The notes beneath the pieces were generated by a model. It made no database searches. It was not told the DNA's origin and was given only the letters and a program-made list of their open reading frames with translations. A program made the translations under genes and the position numbers. A stretch of 64,000 nt of DNA from a virus: IMG/VR virus record IMGVR_UViG_3300032770_000001, positions 187,931-251,930 of that record; one strand, given 5' to 3'. Positions 36,309-44,428 of the stretch are shown piece by piece (position 1 is the first letter of the stretch; each line of letters begins with the position of its first letter).

Positions 36309-36821
36309 ATGAACAACGATCACCTGCCAGAGTCGAATTACTTGCGAGGCGAACGCGAGGCCGAACTGAAAGCTCTCGATCCCCGCAGTGCCGAACAGGA
36401 CGCTTTCGGCGACCTCTTGCTGGAGCAGGCTTACATCGAGAGCAACTGGACTTTCTCAGTCGAATCGGAACTCGCCGTCGTCGGCCACGATCCTGAGTAC
36501 GCCGATATGGACAATCCTCGCGGCGAGATCGTCCGCAATCGCTACTTCATGGTCGGCACCACCCCTAACGGTCGGCAGTATCGCTTCGGTTGGGAGCGCA
36601 CGCCGGAACTGGCGGAAGCTGCCTTCCGGTATCTGGCTCCTCCGGTCGAACAATGGTCTTTGTGGCGCTGCATCTACGGCTCCGACGCCTACGTGCAGGA
36701 CAATTGCGAACTTCAACAGCTTCGCGATGAAATGGACGAAGATTTCCGTGGCACCGGACGCGACTGGATGGTCGAGGCTCCCGAAGTTGCTGCTCGGATG
36801 ATTAACGCGGGGGTGTTGTGA
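36309..36821 (+). CDS. Hypothetical protein
   Basis: ORF of 170 aa downstream of the promoter motif. Confidence 0.45.
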   Translation: MNNDHLPESNYLRGEREAELKALDPRSAEQDAFGDLLLEQAYIESNWTFSVESELAVVGHDPEYADMDNPRGEIVRNRYFMVGTTPNGRQYRFGWERTPELAEAAFRYLAPPVEQWSLWRCIYGSDAYVQDNCELQQLRDEMDEDFRGTGRDWMVEAPEVAARMINAGVL

Positions 36822-37303
36822 TGAAACGCATCTACCTCAACTTCGAGCACCAGAGCACGCATTCGCCGACCGAGCCCCGCATGTACACCGTGGACTATGA
36901 GTCGGACACCTTTCTGACGGTAACCACGAATTACGGTCACGGCGTGAAAAGCACCATGAACCTGACCAAGAACGCGGACGGCACGTTTCAGAACGAGCAT
37001 CGCGTGCGGTTCGTGAAGGTCAAGCCGGATATGCGCAAGAAGCCTTTCTCGGTCGAGAGCCAAGAAGAGGGTCGCGGTCCGAAAACCGTTCGCAAGTTTG
37101 CCACGGTCGAGGAGATTCGCACTTACGTCAAGGGTCACTGGCAGGGATGGGAGTATTACGACGGCGGCAACAGCTTCCACAGCGACTACTGCACCTTCAC
37201 CGTCAAGGGCGTGAATCTCGCCGATCTGGTTCCGCCACGTGAGGAATTCGAGCGAGACGCATTTTTCTCCAAGATGGAAGAACTCCACGGAGGGACGAAC
37301 TAA
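36818..37303 (+). CDS. Hypothetical protein
   Basis: ORF of 161 aa, ATGA-coupled. Confidence 0.4.
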   Translation: MMKRIYLNFEHQSTHSPTEPRMYTVDYESDTFLTVTTNYGHGVKSTMNLTKNADGTFQNEHRVRFVKVKPDMRKKPFSVESQEEGRGPKTVRKFATVEEIRTYVKGHWQGWEYYDGGNSFHSDYCTFTVKGVNLADLVPPREEFERDAFFSKMEELHGGTN

Positions 37304-37539
37304 TGAAACGCATCGCCACTAATCGCGTACCGGAGCTTCTATCCACTACGCTCCTGAGTGCGATTCCCGTTCCTTTCAAGATCAACATGGAGCCGGAGAT
37401 TCAGATTCTTGGCGGCGACCGCCGCAAGGGAATGCTGTCAGTCGAAGTCAGCATCATCACCGACTTGCCTGCGGATGAACTGCGTGCCGCGCTGGTCGAA
37501 GCCGGGTTTTGGGAAGGGTTGGAGTACGTAGCGGCATAG
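37303..37539 (+). CDS. Hypothetical protein
   Basis: ORF of 78 aa. Confidence 0.35.
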   Translation: MKRIATNRVPELLSTTLLSAIPVPFKINMEPEIQILGGDRRKGMLSVEVSIITDLPADELRAALVEAGFWEGLEYVAA

Positions 37540-37550
37540 TGGGGGTTTTA

Positions 37551-37757
37551 GTGAGACGAATCGTGGAACTGGTAGCGACGATCACCGTCGAGTTTGCGGA
37601 AGATGCGACGGTGAAACAAATGCTTGAACTGCGGGAGAGAATCTCGCAGGCAGTACAGCCCGTGATTTTCGGGCACGATACCGAAGCGATACGGCGTAGC
37701 GCAGGACACCATTACGATCTGCACTATCGCGACATCATGCGCGACGAGGAGCGTTGA
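37551..37757 (+). CDS. Hypothetical protein (GTG start)
   Basis: GGGGGT Shine-Dalgarno 4 nt upstream of the GTG. Confidence 0.3.
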   Translation: MRRIVELVATITVEFAEDATVKQMLELRERISQAVQPVIFGHDTEAIRRSAGHHYDLHYRDIMRDEER

Positions 37758-37758
37758 T

Positions 37759-38034
37759 ATGGACAAACCAGTAATCCTGCTTTCATTCAACAGTTTTGGC
37801 ACGGCTGGCGGACGCCGGGGTTGCTACGAGGCGCACCTGAAAGATCGCTTTGGCGTTTGGGGAGCCGGAACCACAGCAGAGTCCGCCGTCGAAAGCTGTG
37901 CACGCACGGCGAAATCATTCGAGATCGACGACCTGCATACCGAGAACCCCGCCGACTACGTCGTCATGGTCACGGATTTGAAGTCCTTTCCATCGAACAA
38001 AGATTTCGATTTGCGGTTGGCAGAACTTATCTAA
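37759..38034 (+). CDS. Hypothetical protein
   Basis: ORF of 91 aa. Confidence 0.35.
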   Translation: MDKPVILLSFNSFGTAGGRRGCYEAHLKDRFGVWGAGTTAESAVESCARTAKSFEIDDLHTENPADYVVMVTDLKSFPSNKDFDLRLAELI

Positions 38035-38072
38035 GTCGCTTGTCAACGAGTCTATTGGGGTAGGAGGGTTGT

Positions 38073-39035
38073 ATGGCGAAAATTCAATATCTCAACAAGC
38101 GGCTCAGCGAAAAGAAGCTGGCACTGATCGACCTCTGCAACGAGATCATTGCGACCTATCAGGCGCAGAACTTGCGGCTGACGCTCCGGCAGCTTTACTA
38201 CAGGCTCGTTGCTCGTGGAGTGATTCCAAACATCCAGAGCGAATACAAAAACCTTGGCGATGTCCTGAACGATGCCCGGTTGTGCGGACTGATAGATTGG
38301 GACGCCATCGAAGATCGTACCCGCGAACTCGGACAAAACTCGCATTGGGATACGCCTTCAAACATCATCGAATCGGCTCGTGACAGCTACTTGAACGACC
38401 TGTGGAAGTTTCAGCCGATCCGCCCGGAAGTGTGGGTCGAGAAGGACGCCTTGGAGGGCGTCATCGAAGCAGCTTGCCGACCACTGGACGTGCCGTTCTT
38501 CTCCTGTCGTGGCTATACCAGCCAGACGGCGATGTGGGAAGCGGGGCAACGCATTCTCCGGCGTCGTCGCAACATCACGACCTATGAGGGAGAGCACAAG
38601 CGCAAGAATGGGAATGAATTCCGGCAGCGCACGCTGATCTTTCATCTTGGCGATCACGATCCGTCCGGTATCGACATGACTCGTGACATCACCGACCGCC
38701 TTGAACTGTTCAATGGAGCCCCGGTGGAGATTCGCCGTCTGGCTCTGAACATGCCTCAGATCGACAAATACAACCCGCCGCCGAACCCGGCTAAGACCAC
38801 GGACTCGCGGTTCCGGTCGTATCAAGAAAAGCACGGCGACGAGAGTTGGGAGTTGGATGCGCTCGATCCCAATGTGCTCATCGCCCTGATCCAGTCCAAC
38901 ATCCGCAGCGTCATGGATGTGCCCCGCTTCGAGGAAGCGAAGGCGATTCAGGAGAAGGGACGCACTGAGCTAACGGCGATTGCCGAGAAGTACGACAAGG
39001 CGGTCAAAGCTGTGTTAGGTAAGAGCGGCAAATGA
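38073..39035 (+). CDS. Topoisomerase VI subunit A / Spo11-like protein (compact mini-A type: 5Y-CAP + Toprim)
   Basis: N-terminal winged-helix 5Y-CAP motif with tandem tyrosines (RLTLRQLYYRLVARG, compare Spo11 R-D-I-F-Y). Toprim with EVWVEKDALEG (catalytic E) and the hallmark DxDPxG (LIFHLGDHDPSGIDM). Confidence 0.6.
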   Translation: MAKIQYLNKRLSEKKLALIDLCNEIIATYQAQNLRLTLRQLYYRLVARGVIPNIQSEYKNLGDVLNDARLCGLIDWDAIEDRTRELGQNSHWDTPSNIIESARDSYLNDLWKFQPIRPEVWVEKDALEGVIEAACRPLDVPFFSCRGYTSQTAMWEAGQRILRRRRNITTYEGEHKRKNGNEFRQRTLIFHLGDHDPSGIDMTRDITDRLELFNGAPVEIRRLALNMPQIDKYNPPPNPAKTTDSRFRSYQEKHGDESWELDALDPNVLIALIQSNIRSVMDVPRFEEAKAIQEKGRTELTAIAEKYDKAVKAVLGKSGK

Positions 39036-39478
39036 GCCACGGCAATCGGAATTATAGACAGTGCAAGCGACTGTTTGCGCAACAGGGCGGTCTGTGTCAT
39101 TACTGCAAGGAACCGATGACGCTAGAACGCCCGACCCGGCACAAAAAGGTTGCCGACAACATGGCGACCATCGAGCACCTTGAGGATCGTTATGATCCCA
39201 ACCGGGGGAAGTTCGCCGGACAAAAGCGACATGTGGTCGCCTGTCACAAATGCAACAACGGTCGGAACTCGGTCCGACAAGCAGACCCCACGGTTGTGTC
39301 CAGAGCCGAGCTACGTCGAAGGTCGAGATCGAGTTCTCGGTGGGTGACTTTACGATGGTATCGCTGGCTCTGGAAGTCGTTTTACCAATGGGTAGTTGAC
39401 ATCTGTTCTCATTCGCGGTATTTTCCGAAATATGGCAAAGCGCAAATCCCGTCCCGCCGACCTGTTGTCTGCTCCTGA
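39032..39478 (+). CDS. HNH endonuclease
   Basis: CHYCKEPMT...IEHLEDRYD...CHKCNNGRN (HNH with two CxxC pairs). ATGA-coupled to the Spo11-like gene; the 3' tail may be read-through. Confidence 0.65.
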   Translation: MSHGNRNYRQCKRLFAQQGGLCHYCKEPMTLERPTRHKKVADNMATIEHLEDRYDPNRGKFAGQKRHVVACHKCNNGRNSVRQADPTVVSRAELRRRSRSSSRWVTLRWYRWLWKSFYQWVVDICSHSRYFPKYGKAQIPSRRPVVCS

Positions 39479-39701
39479 ATTGATCGAAGAGGCTGAACTG
39501 TCCGGCGAGACTCCGGAAAAGTTTCTTGCTCGATTGCAGGATGATGCTTATGACCGTGAAATGCACCCCTACGACCTGTTGCTCGAAATCCGCGAATGCC
39601 GCGAAGCCGACAGTCGCATGGTGGTGATCGATGCCAAGAAGCTGGCTGAAATGCAGGCTGGTAACGGTGACCCCATCATTGAAGAGCCCGTAACCTATTG
39701 A
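39432..39701 (+). CDS. Hypothetical protein
   Basis: Start at MAKRKSRPADL. Confidence 0.3.
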   Translation: MAKRKSRPADLLSAPELIEEAELSGETPEKFLARLQDDAYDREMHPYDLLLEIRECREADSRMVVIDAKKLAEMQAGNGDPIIEEPVTY

Positions 39702-39749
39702 AAACAGGGCTCAAATAACCACAAAATCCTAGCTTTTTCAGACTCTCCG

Positions 39750-39759
39750 CTGGTAGAAT
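39750..39759 (+). promoter_or_regulatory. Extended -10 promoter motif CTGGTAGAAT (copy 5)
   Basis: Followed by GGGCAGGGGGA and the ATG at 39777; upstream CCACAAAA element is shared with other copies. Confidence 0.5.
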
Positions 39760-39776
39760 ATGGGCAGGGGGAAACT

Positions 39777-40208
39777 ATGGGCACAGTCATCACCGTCCTC
39801 GTAATTTTGGCGATTATCGGCGGCATCTTCGTGATGCTGCTCAATTCACCAGTCGGCGACCGCAAGACTGGTTACACGAGCGAGTGGTGCGAACGTTACA
39901 TCGGTCGCATCAAGGTCGGCGGCGAAGAAATGACTGGACGCTACTCCGGGCTGATGTCAGATGGAAAGCGCAGCTACGACGCCTACATCGTCATGACGCG
40001 CAATGACGATTTGAATCCGCCCTATCAACTTTCGCGCACGATTCAATGTCCCGACTGCCAGATGATTGTGTTTCCTATTGGCGGCTGTCGTTGCAATGTG
40101 ACGCGGGGAACCGACGATAAATGGCTCAAGCCGCTTCCGACCTTCAAGAAAACCGCACCGTGCTCGTTGGCGCATGAATACTTCGTGGGTTGGCCGGAGA
40201 AAGCGTAA
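39777..40208 (+). CDS. Membrane-anchored Cys-rich protein
   Basis: N-terminal TM (VITVLVILAIIGGIFVMLL); CPDCQ...GGCRC cluster. Confidence 0.4.
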   Translation: MGTVITVLVILAIIGGIFVMLLNSPVGDRKTGYTSEWCERYIGRIKVGGEEMTGRYSGLMSDGKRSYDAYIVMTRNDDLNPPYQLSRTIQCPDCQMIVFPIGGCRCNVTRGTDDKWLKPLPTFKKTAPCSLAHEYFVGWPEKA

Positions 40209-40741
40209 TGAACTCGTCTCAATTCACGGAACGTTTCGGCGACCCGGCGAATTATCGATTCAACGGAAAGTGCTTCGACACAGGCACAGACGGCAAGATG
40301 CACTGTGACGTTTGCAACCGGGTCATCCGCTACGTGTACATCATCGTGAAGGAAGGACAGGAGCGCGAAAAGCTGCAAGTCGGCTCGTGTGAGATCGTCA
40401 CATTCGAACAGATCGGTCACGCGAAGCTGGCGGCGGCGTTGACGAGCGCCAAAGCGTATCTCGAAGTCACAGTCGAAGCGAAAGAGCACGCAATCAAGCT
40501 GTACAGCCGTCGTGATCGGAAGCAGGCGTTGCTAAAAGAGTGGCGAAAGATCAAACGTCAAGCACTGAGTCAGGTGCGCAAGCAACGGCAGACAGCGGAC
40601 TATGAACGCCTCGGTCGCCTGTTCGAGTTGGAATTGATTGCAAAGAAGCCCCTCCCCCTGTACAAAAAGCACGGTCTGACGGTCCGCTGGTTGGAGTTTC
40701 AGATCGGTGAAATGCAGACCAAGATGGCAAAAGTCGTCTAA
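40208..40741 (+). CDS. Hypothetical protein
   Basis: Start at MNSSQFTERF (TAATG-coupled). Confidence 0.4.
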   Translation: MNSSQFTERFGDPANYRFNGKCFDTGTDGKMHCDVCNRVIRYVYIIVKEGQEREKLQVGSCEIVTFEQIGHAKLAAALTSAKAYLEVTVEAKEHAIKLYSRRDRKQALLKEWRKIKRQALSQVRKQRQTADYERLGRLFELELIAKKPLPLYKKHGLTVRWLEFQIGEMQTKMAKVV

Positions 40742-40765
40742 TCGAGTATTTTACAGGAGAGGATT

Positions 40766-41068
40766 ATGGACAACGTCTATCAGATCAGGGTCAACGGCAA
40801 GATCGTAAAGCACCTTCGGGTACAGAACGAACTGGTTGATGGAATGCCAATCGGCAAACAGCAGATCGCCATCGAAGATTCGATGGTGGGCTGGATCACC
40901 CTCGATGACAACAGCAACCTTCTCCCCGGCCTGCCTCAGTTCGTAATTGAAATGCGGGACGCGACCATTCCGCCGATTGAGCGCCGATACCTGCCCAACA
41001 AGGGCTGGCAAAAGACTTCCGTGGCAAACCTGTTGTATCGTTTAGAAGCTACCGGGGTCTTAAAGTAG
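40766..41068 (+). CDS. Hypothetical protein
   Basis: ORF of 100 aa preceded by an AGGAGAGG Shine-Dalgarno. Confidence 0.4.
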   Translation: MDNVYQIRVNGKIVKHLRVQNELVDGMPIGKQQIAIEDSMVGWITLDDNSNLLPGLPQFVIEMRDATIPPIERRYLPNKGWQKTSVANLLYRLEATGVLK

Positions 41069-41084
41069 GAGGGTAGTTCCCCCA

Positions 41085-41342
41085 ATGGGTTTCTTAGACG
41101 ACTACGAAGAGGACGAGCGCCCACGTCGCCGCCGCAAACGCGGCAGTGAGGATGACGACAGGGTGGGTTTCGGCTGGCAGGATATGGTCGCCGGACTCGA
41201 TCCCGATGCTGAGCCGGAAGAAGAGGAAGAGCCCCTCGAAGAAGAGGATGAAATGCAGGAACTCGAAGTGGACGACCACGGTCGTATCCGCAATCAGAGT
41301 TCTCTCGATTCTAGTTTTTGGGACGAAGAATCCGAGGAATAA
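41085..41342 (+). CDS. Highly acidic small protein (candidate DNA mimic)
   Basis: 85 aa, roughly 40 percent Asp/Glu (EPEEEEEPLEEEDEMQELEVDD), preceded by an RRRRKR patch. Confidence 0.35.
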   Translation: MGFLDDYEEDERPRRRRKRGSEDDDRVGFGWQDMVAGLDPDAEPEEEEEPLEEEDEMQELEVDDHGRIRNQSSLDSSFWDEESEE

Positions 41343-41621
41343 ATGAAAAGGAAAGCTGCGACAGTCGCGCTTTTGTGTTTTCTAGTTGGGTTTCTTTCCC
41401 TCTACATCTATCAGTCTGTGCGCGACCTCAAGCACGAGATGTCAATCAAGATGCAGCCCGTGAAACCGAACGCGCAGTTCCAGTTCGGATATCCTCCAAC
41501 GACGACATGGCCTACGGTTCCACCAAGCATCAAAGCACCGAAGCCGCAACCACCGCAGGAACCTCGCTTCGCACCATGCTATGATGAACGGTGTAAGGCA
41601 CGACAGGTGATCCTGATATGA
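41343..41621 (+). CDS. Signal-anchored / secreted small protein
   Basis: N-terminal hydrophobic segment (AATVALLCFLVGFLSLYIY); Pro-rich C-terminus. Confidence 0.35.
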   Translation: MKRKAATVALLCFLVGFLSLYIYQSVRDLKHEMSIKMQPVKPNAQFQFGYPPTTTWPTVPPSIKAPKPQPPQEPRFAPCYDERCKARQVILI

Positions 41622-41923
41622 CAATAGCTGAAACATCCACAACACCGGAGCAACGCCGCGAGATGTACACCGCGATCTCACCAGAGGTCAAGGCACCAGT
41701 GTTGGCAATCCTCCAGAACATGTTGGAACCGATTGCGCCGGAGATTAGAATTGACTTCGCAAAAGACCCGGCGAATTGGTGGAAGCGCGGTCACTTCCAT
41801 TTTGGACTTGCGGTCCGGAATCAACTTCGCCGCAAAGGGTATGACGCCTCCTACTTCGGCGTTGAGAACCTCGATGACATTTACGTTTACCTCGTCGAGG
41901 ATGCTTTGCAACTCCACGCATAG
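41618..41923 (+). CDS. Hypothetical protein
   Basis: ORF of 101 aa. Confidence 0.35.
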   Translation: MTIAETSTTPEQRREMYTAISPEVKAPVLAILQNMLEPIAPEIRIDFAKDPANWWKRGHFHFGLAVRNQLRRKGYDASYFGVENLDDIYVYLVEDALQLHA

Positions 41924-41933
41924 CTGGTATTAT
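41924..41933 (+). promoter_or_regulatory. Extended -10 promoter motif CTGGTATTAT (copy 6)
   Basis: Followed by AGGTAGGAGAG Shine-Dalgarno and the ATG at 41956. Confidence 0.4.
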
Positions 41934-41955
41934 TCAGGTAGGAGAGAAACCTACC

Positions 41956-42201
41956 ATGAGCCACAAGAACGATCCCGATTACCACGACGTTCGCGCCAAG
42001 ATTCTCCTCGAAGCAGCCCAACACCTTGAGACCGAAGCCGATGAAAAATTCGGCACGGAGCACTTCGGTTTCATTGAAGCCGCCAAGGAACTTCGCCGTC
42101 TGGCGTCCAACGCCCGTAAAGAACACGCCAAGGTGCGCGACCGCAAGCGTCGTGCGACACGAGCAAAGGAAGTCAAGAAAGCGTTGGAGGCTTGGAGCTA
42201 A
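41956..42201 (+). CDS. Hypothetical protein
   Basis: ORF of 81 aa with a basic C-terminus. Confidence 0.4.
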   Translation: MSHKNDPDYHDVRAKILLEAAQHLETEADEKFGTEHFGFIEAAKELRRLASNARKEHAKVRDRKRRATRAKEVKKALEAWS

Positions 42202-42665
42202 TGGCTAAAACTCAATTGGAACTGGAAGTCGAGCAACAGGAACTCGATGCACAGAAGAAGAGACTCGCCGCCGAAAAGAAGGCAGTCGAGGACGCCGAGA
42301 AGAACCGCATCTGGTCACGCAATCGATTTCGCGAAGCCACGGAGCCTCTGGTCGAATGGGCGGGGGCTGAGTATACGGGCGATGAATCTCTGAAGTTTAC
42401 TTTCCGTGGCATTGATTACGTATTGTCAGTAGATTCTCATTGGGTTGAGGGCGACAACGAGAGCGGAATGCCAGATCATTGGTTTTCGGCGTTTTATCTT
42501 CACAGCAAGGGTAAGGAAGCCCACGTCGCCAATAGTGTGGAGGATTTCAAGCCGGATCGCGACGGTCGGTGGGGCTATCACTGTGGCCCGATCAAAGAGC
42601 GCGTCATCGCGTGCATCAAAGAAATCGACGAAGAGGTCGAGCGTGACAAACACCGTCGCTACTAA
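42192..42665 (+). CDS. Hypothetical protein
   Basis: ORF of 157 aa with an N-terminal coiled coil. Confidence 0.4.
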   Translation: MELMAKTQLELEVEQQELDAQKKRLAAEKKAVEDAEKNRIWSRNRFREATEPLVEWAGAEYTGDESLKFTFRGIDYVLSVDSHWVEGDNESGMPDHWFSAFYLHSKGKEAHVANSVEDFKPDRDGRWGYHCGPIKERVIACIKEIDEEVERDKHRRY

Positions 42666-42975
42666 AACCGAACCCGGCTTCTATCTTTCTGACATCGACC
42701 CTGAGTCGAAGCAACACCTGTTCATTTACCGAACGAACCCAACCCGCATCTTCTGTATTGGCTGCTTTGAGATGTGCACCGCCGATCCTGAGGCAGCTAA
42801 AGCGTTCACCGCCAAGCATGGCTACCTCGGTGAACGAGTTGCTTTCCGCCTCGAACCGTGGGTCACCCGCTGGCAAGATGGTGATCGTCATTGGGCACGG
42901 GATGGCAATGGCAATACGGTCTGCATCACCGAACCATTTGAGATCGATCCGAAGGTGATCCGAGAACTAGAATAG
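42643..42975 (+). CDS. Hypothetical protein (GTG start)
   Basis: In-frame GTG shortly before the upstream stop; the track ORF starts earlier inside the upstream gene. Confidence 0.3.
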   Translation: MTNTVATKTEPGFYLSDIDPESKQHLFIYRTNPTRIFCIGCFEMCTADPEAAKAFTAKHGYLGERVAFRLEPWVTRWQDGDRHWARDGNGNTVCITEPFEIDPKVIRELE

Positions 42976-42988
42976 CCGTTCCTTTGGT

Positions 42989-43312
42989 ATGCGGGAGCTA
43001 CTGGTCTTTCCGACAGAGATCGAGCACCAAGGGACGCGGCAACTGGTTCATGACAGCTTTCCGCAGGCGGAATTGTGTGACGTGAAACTTGAGGCGGATG
43101 AGGACATCATTACCGCCCTCAAAATCGTACCCTTGCGTCCTGCCACGTTTATTCACTGGGCATTTGAGCAAACCCAGTCCGGCCTACACGTTGTGCGTTA
43201 CTGCTACAACCTCTCCATCGCCTTGACCGAGCGTCCCATGCCTCGGTGGTTAGTGCGGGAAATCATGTCAGATTCCTACCTTCGCGAAGTTTTTCAACTA
43301 CCGAACCTCTAA
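42989..43312 (+). CDS. Hypothetical protein
   Basis: ORF of 107 aa. Confidence 0.35.
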   Translation: MRELLVFPTEIEHQGTRQLVHDSFPQAELCDVKLEADEDIITALKIVPLRPATFIHWAFEQTQSGLHVVRYCYNLSIALTERPMPRWLVREIMSDSYLREVFQLPNL

Positions 43313-43373
43313 TACGTGGGGCGCTTTTGCGACCCCTAGTGCAGTCAAATCACAGTAAAGTACAGAGGTCGTC

Positions 43374-44216
43374 ATGACACAAATTTCCGCTGAAGTCTCC
43401 AAACTCGCTCCGAAACTCTCGGAGAATCTCAAAACCAACCAGAAAAAGCAAGCCGTCAACAACCTAGTTGCGAGTCTGTTCAACACCGTCCGCATGTCGG
43501 AATGGGCGTTTGATTCCAAGCTCAATACCTTTAAGTTCCCGCTCAGCAAGAAGTTATCGCTGATTCTGACCCCTACCTCAGTCGAGGTCCGCAAGGGAAT
43601 CCGCACCTACCCCATCGGCAACGGCAAGGACGCCGGACGCCTGTTCGACAACATTAAGCACGCTCAGGCTGTGATCGCCAAGGCAGTTGCCGAACAAGAT
43701 GTACAGGTCAAGCATTTTATGGAGGCTTTCGACATCGAAGAACTCGACCGTGAGCTTGCCAGCGGCGACAACGACAACGCCATCACCGCCGATATCGAGA
43801 AAGTAGACATCAAGATCAAGGACGCCCCGGACTCAGTCCCGGCTGCTGTCGCCGATCCTATCGCGGAAGAAGCGGTCAAGGGTCTGGGCGGCATCGGTTT
43901 TAAGGACGATGACGGCACCACCGTCACGTTCGATGATGACGCTCCGGACGGTGATCTGTTCGCCGAGGCTCTGGATAATCCGACGAAGGCCGATCCGCTT
44001 CTCGCCATGCTGGGGTCGGAGGAAAATTACGGACCGCAGAGCCCGAAGCGCAGCTTGACGGCGGATGCCGTCGCTCAGCAGGCGAAAATCAACCTGCAAT
44101 CCCTTGAGGGTCGCGTATTAACTATTGTGGAAAGTGCGTTTGCCGATAAAGAGCAGCGCACTGCTGTAAAGACCCTCGTCAAAAAAGAATTCCGTCGCAC
44201 GATGGACAAACTTTAA
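43374..44216 (+). CDS. Hypothetical protein (280 aa)
   Basis: Acidic, Ala/Asp-rich; no motif recognised. Confidence 0.4.
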   Translation: MTQISAEVSKLAPKLSENLKTNQKKQAVNNLVASLFNTVRMSEWAFDSKLNTFKFPLSKKLSLILTPTSVEVRKGIRTYPIGNGKDAGRLFDNIKHAQAVIAKAVAEQDVQVKHFMEAFDIEELDRELASGDNDNAITADIEKVDIKIKDAPDSVPAAVADPIAEEAVKGLGGIGFKDDDGTTVTFDDDAPDGDLFAEALDNPTKADPLLAMLGSEENYGPQSPKRSLTADAVAQQAKINLQSLEGRVLTIVESAFADKEQRTAVKTLVKKEFRRTMDKL

Positions 44217-44428
44217 TGGAGGGTTTCATGGAACTCAGAAAAAAGGTAAGTGAGATCGTCCAACTGTTTCGCAACGAAGATGGCACCATGGATGTGGTTT
44301 TCGATGAAGCGTCCAAGGCGCGTTCGGTAACATTCACTACGGATTACGGGGCGGTAATCAAATTCAAAAAGCCCCGTCAAACGTACCAGATGAGCGATAG
44401 AGTCGTGGGCATCTCCATTCGTGGGTAA
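44216..44428 (+). CDS. Hypothetical protein
   Basis: ORF of 70 aa, TAATG-coupled. Confidence 0.35.
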   Translation: MEGFMELRKKVSEIVQLFRNEDGTMDVVFDEASKARSVTFTTDYGAVIKFKKPRQTYQMSDRVVGISIRG

